Origin: Candidatus Eiseniibacteriota bacterium
GTDB lineage: Bacteria > Eisenbacteria > RBG-16-71-46 > DASYSL01
DNA: 26,625 nucleotides
Reading direction: 5' to 3'
NCBI GenBank assembly: GCA_046598045.1
Contig: JBKJJJ010000068.1
Coordinates: 1 to 26,625, forward strand
A model generated the notes under the pieces. The model had not been told where the DNA came from and ran no database searches. It was given only the letters and a program-made list of their open reading frames with translations. Position numbers and translations under genes: made by a program. Shown piece after piece: positions 25,009 to 26,625 of this stretch (position 1 is the stretch's first letter; every line of letters starts with the position of its first letter).

Positions 25009-25217
25009 GGCGCCTCGGTTTCGAGAGTGGTTGGACGAGCGGGAGCGCCCAGACTTTCCCGCGACTCAGGGGCGGGTGCAATGTGAAAGTCCCCATCCAC
25101 ATTTCGCGGCGCATCGGCAACAAAAGGCCCTAGAATGCGCACCGCATTCGCCGCACGGATGGTGCTCGCGCCGCGGGTGTCGATCGTGGTGGCGTTGGGA
25201 ATGCGGAAGGAGGATCG

Positions 25218-26012
25218 ATGAGCCTGGTGCGGATCGCGCTCGCCAACCTTCGTTATCCGGCGACGCCCGAGGAGTCGGTCGCGTCGGCCGTCAGGGCCAT
25301 CGCCGCGGCGTTCGCGGCGCGCGCCGAGTTCCTCTGTTTTCCGGAGTGCTACGTGCCGGGCTACCGGGACCCGGGCAAGCGCGTGTCGCCTCCCGATCCG
25401 GCGTTCCTCGAGCGCGCATGGCACGAGATCGCGGCCGCGGCAGCGACTGGAAACGTCACGGTCATTCTCGGCACCGAGCGCTTGGTCGATGGATTGCCTT
25501 TGATCTCGGCGCTCGTCATCGAGCATGACGGAACGATCGCCGGCTTCCAGGACAAGGTCCAGCTGGCTCCCTCCGAGGAGGCAACCTACGCGCCCGGCTC
25601 GGGCCGGCGTGTCTTCCAATCGGGTCCGCTGACGTTCGGGATCGCGATCTGCCACGAAGGCTGGCGGTATCCGGAGACTTTCCGCTGGGCCGCACGGCAC
25701 GGCGCACAGGTGGTGTTCCACCCGCACTTTCACGAGGCGGAGGCTGGCGGCTATCGGCCCACGACGTTCGCGGATCCCTTGAACACGTTCCACGAGAAGG
25801 CGATCCTGTGCCGCGCGGCCGAGAACACCTGCTTCGTGGCCTCGGTGAACTGCGCGAGCCCGGGCTCGCCGACGACCTCCGCGGTGGTGCGGCCCGACGG
25901 CACGCTCCTCTGCTACCAGCCGTATGGCGAGGAGGGGTTGCTGTTCGCGGACATCGAGCTTGCCGAGGCCACCGGCCTTTACGCAGGACGCGCCATTGGG
26001 GAGCGCGCATGA
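25218..26012 (+). CDS. Carbon-nitrogen hydrolase (nitrilase superfamily)
   Basis: Catalytic triad contexts FPECY (Glu), QDKVQL (Lys) and ICHEGWRYPE (Cys). SD AAGGAGG upstream. Confidence 0.92.
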   Translation: MSLVRIALANLRYPATPEESVASAVRAIAAAFAARAEFLCFPECYVPGYRDPGKRVSPPDPAFLERAWHEIAAAAATGNVTVILGTERLVDGLPLISALVIEHDGTIAGFQDKVQLAPSEEATYAPGSGRRVFQSGPLTFGIAICHEGWRYPETFRWAARHGAQVVFHPHFHEAEAGGYRPTTFADPLNTFHEKAILCRAAENTCFVASVNCASPGSPTTSAVVRPDGTLLCYQPYGEEGLLFADIELAEATGLYAGRAIGERA

Positions 26013-26625
26013 CCGCCACCTCGGCCCTCCCCGAGACCAGCCCGCGCGTCCTGCGCCGGGTCATCCTCGCTTCCTTCGTCGGCACGACGATCGAGTGGTA
26101 CGACTTTTTCCTCTACGGAATCGCCGCGGCGCTGGTGTTCAACAAGCTCTACTTTCCCACACTCGATCCGCTTGCCGGGACGCTGAGCGCATACGGCACG
26201 TTCGCCGTCGGGTTCGTCGCGCGGCCGCTGGGTGGCATCGTGTTCGGTCACTATGGCGATCGCCGCGGCCGCAAGGAGATGCTGGTCTGGTCGCTCCTGA
26301 TCATGGGCGTCGCGACCGCGGCAATCGGCTTCGTTCCGAGCTACGCGCGCATCGGCGTATGGGCGCCCATCCTGCTCGTGGTGTTGCGATTCATCCAGGG
26401 CTTTGGCGTGGGCGGCGAGTGGGGCGGTGCGGTCCTCCTGGCGGTCGAACATTCCAGTGGCGAGCGCCGGGGCTTCCATGGCTCCTGGCCCCAACTCGGC
26501 GTCCCCGTGGGGCTCCTGCTCTCGACCGGAATGCTCACGATCCTCTCGGCACGGCTACCGGAGAGCGACTTCCTCGCGTGGGGCTGGCGGGTGCCGTTCT
26601 GGATCTCCGCGGTGCTCGTGGGCGT
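26009..26625 (+). CDS. MFS transporter, metabolite:H+ symporter (ShiA-like) family, 3'-partial
   Basis: ATGA overlap with the nitrilase stop. Manual translation gives ASFVGTTIEWYDFFLYG, RPLGGIVFGHYGDRRGRK and LRFIQGFGVGGEWGGAVL. Runs off the window, so it is absent from the ORF track. Confidence 0.93.
   Translation, partial: MTATSALPETSPRVLRRVILASFVGTTIEWYDFFLYGIAAALVFNKLYFPTLDPLAGTLSAYGTFAVGFVARPLGGIVFGHYGDRRGRKEMLVWSLLIMGVATAAIGFVPSYARIGVWAPILLVVLRFIQGFGVGGEWGGAVLLAVEHSSGERRGFHGSWPQLGVPVGLLLSTGMLTILSARLPESDFLAWGWRVPFWISAVLVG

Noticed and set aside
1..26625. Whole window as a single stress island, biosynthetic cluster or defence system; CRISPR, tRNA or rRNA
   Set aside because: Mixed orientations and internal terminators indicate many independent units. 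I saw no core biosynthetic or defence genes, spaced repeats or structural RNA signatures.

Overview
This is a high-GC (roughly 70% by eye) bacterial chromosomal window with about 27 genes. I found no RNA genes, CRISPR arrays, integrases or transposases. Three secreted proteins carry C-terminal tails (two FlgD-Ig/T9SS-CTD-like, one 'TWGxxKxxYR') that suggest an FCB-related lineage such as Ca. Eisenbacteria (inference). Most genes are stress or detoxification functions: 1-Cys peroxiredoxin, RNB ribonuclease, two VOC proteins, AhpD/CMD, DEAD-box helicase, CbpA/CbpM, a MocR regulator, two SAM methyltransferases, a nitrilase-family enzyme and an MFS transporter. The five most notable items are: (1) a two-gene module (5-TM membrane protein plus BldC/Xis-like HTH_17 protein) whose AT-rich promoter has three YAAACA direct repeats at exactly 10-bp phase across a perfect TTGACA, with an anti-SD hairpin just downstream; (2) a candidate protein-sorting code shared by three secreted proteins (Cys-Xn-[P/A]T junction, then a CTD or the TWG tail); (3) a propeptide-less PA-domain zinc protease paired with a single-Cys secreted partner; (4) an OmpA-family gene broken by a G8 tract; (5) a cytoplasmic Ser/Thr kinase-alpha/beta-hydrolase fusion closely linked to a flavin-dependent oxidoreductase. 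No database searches were run, so all family calls rest on motif recognition.
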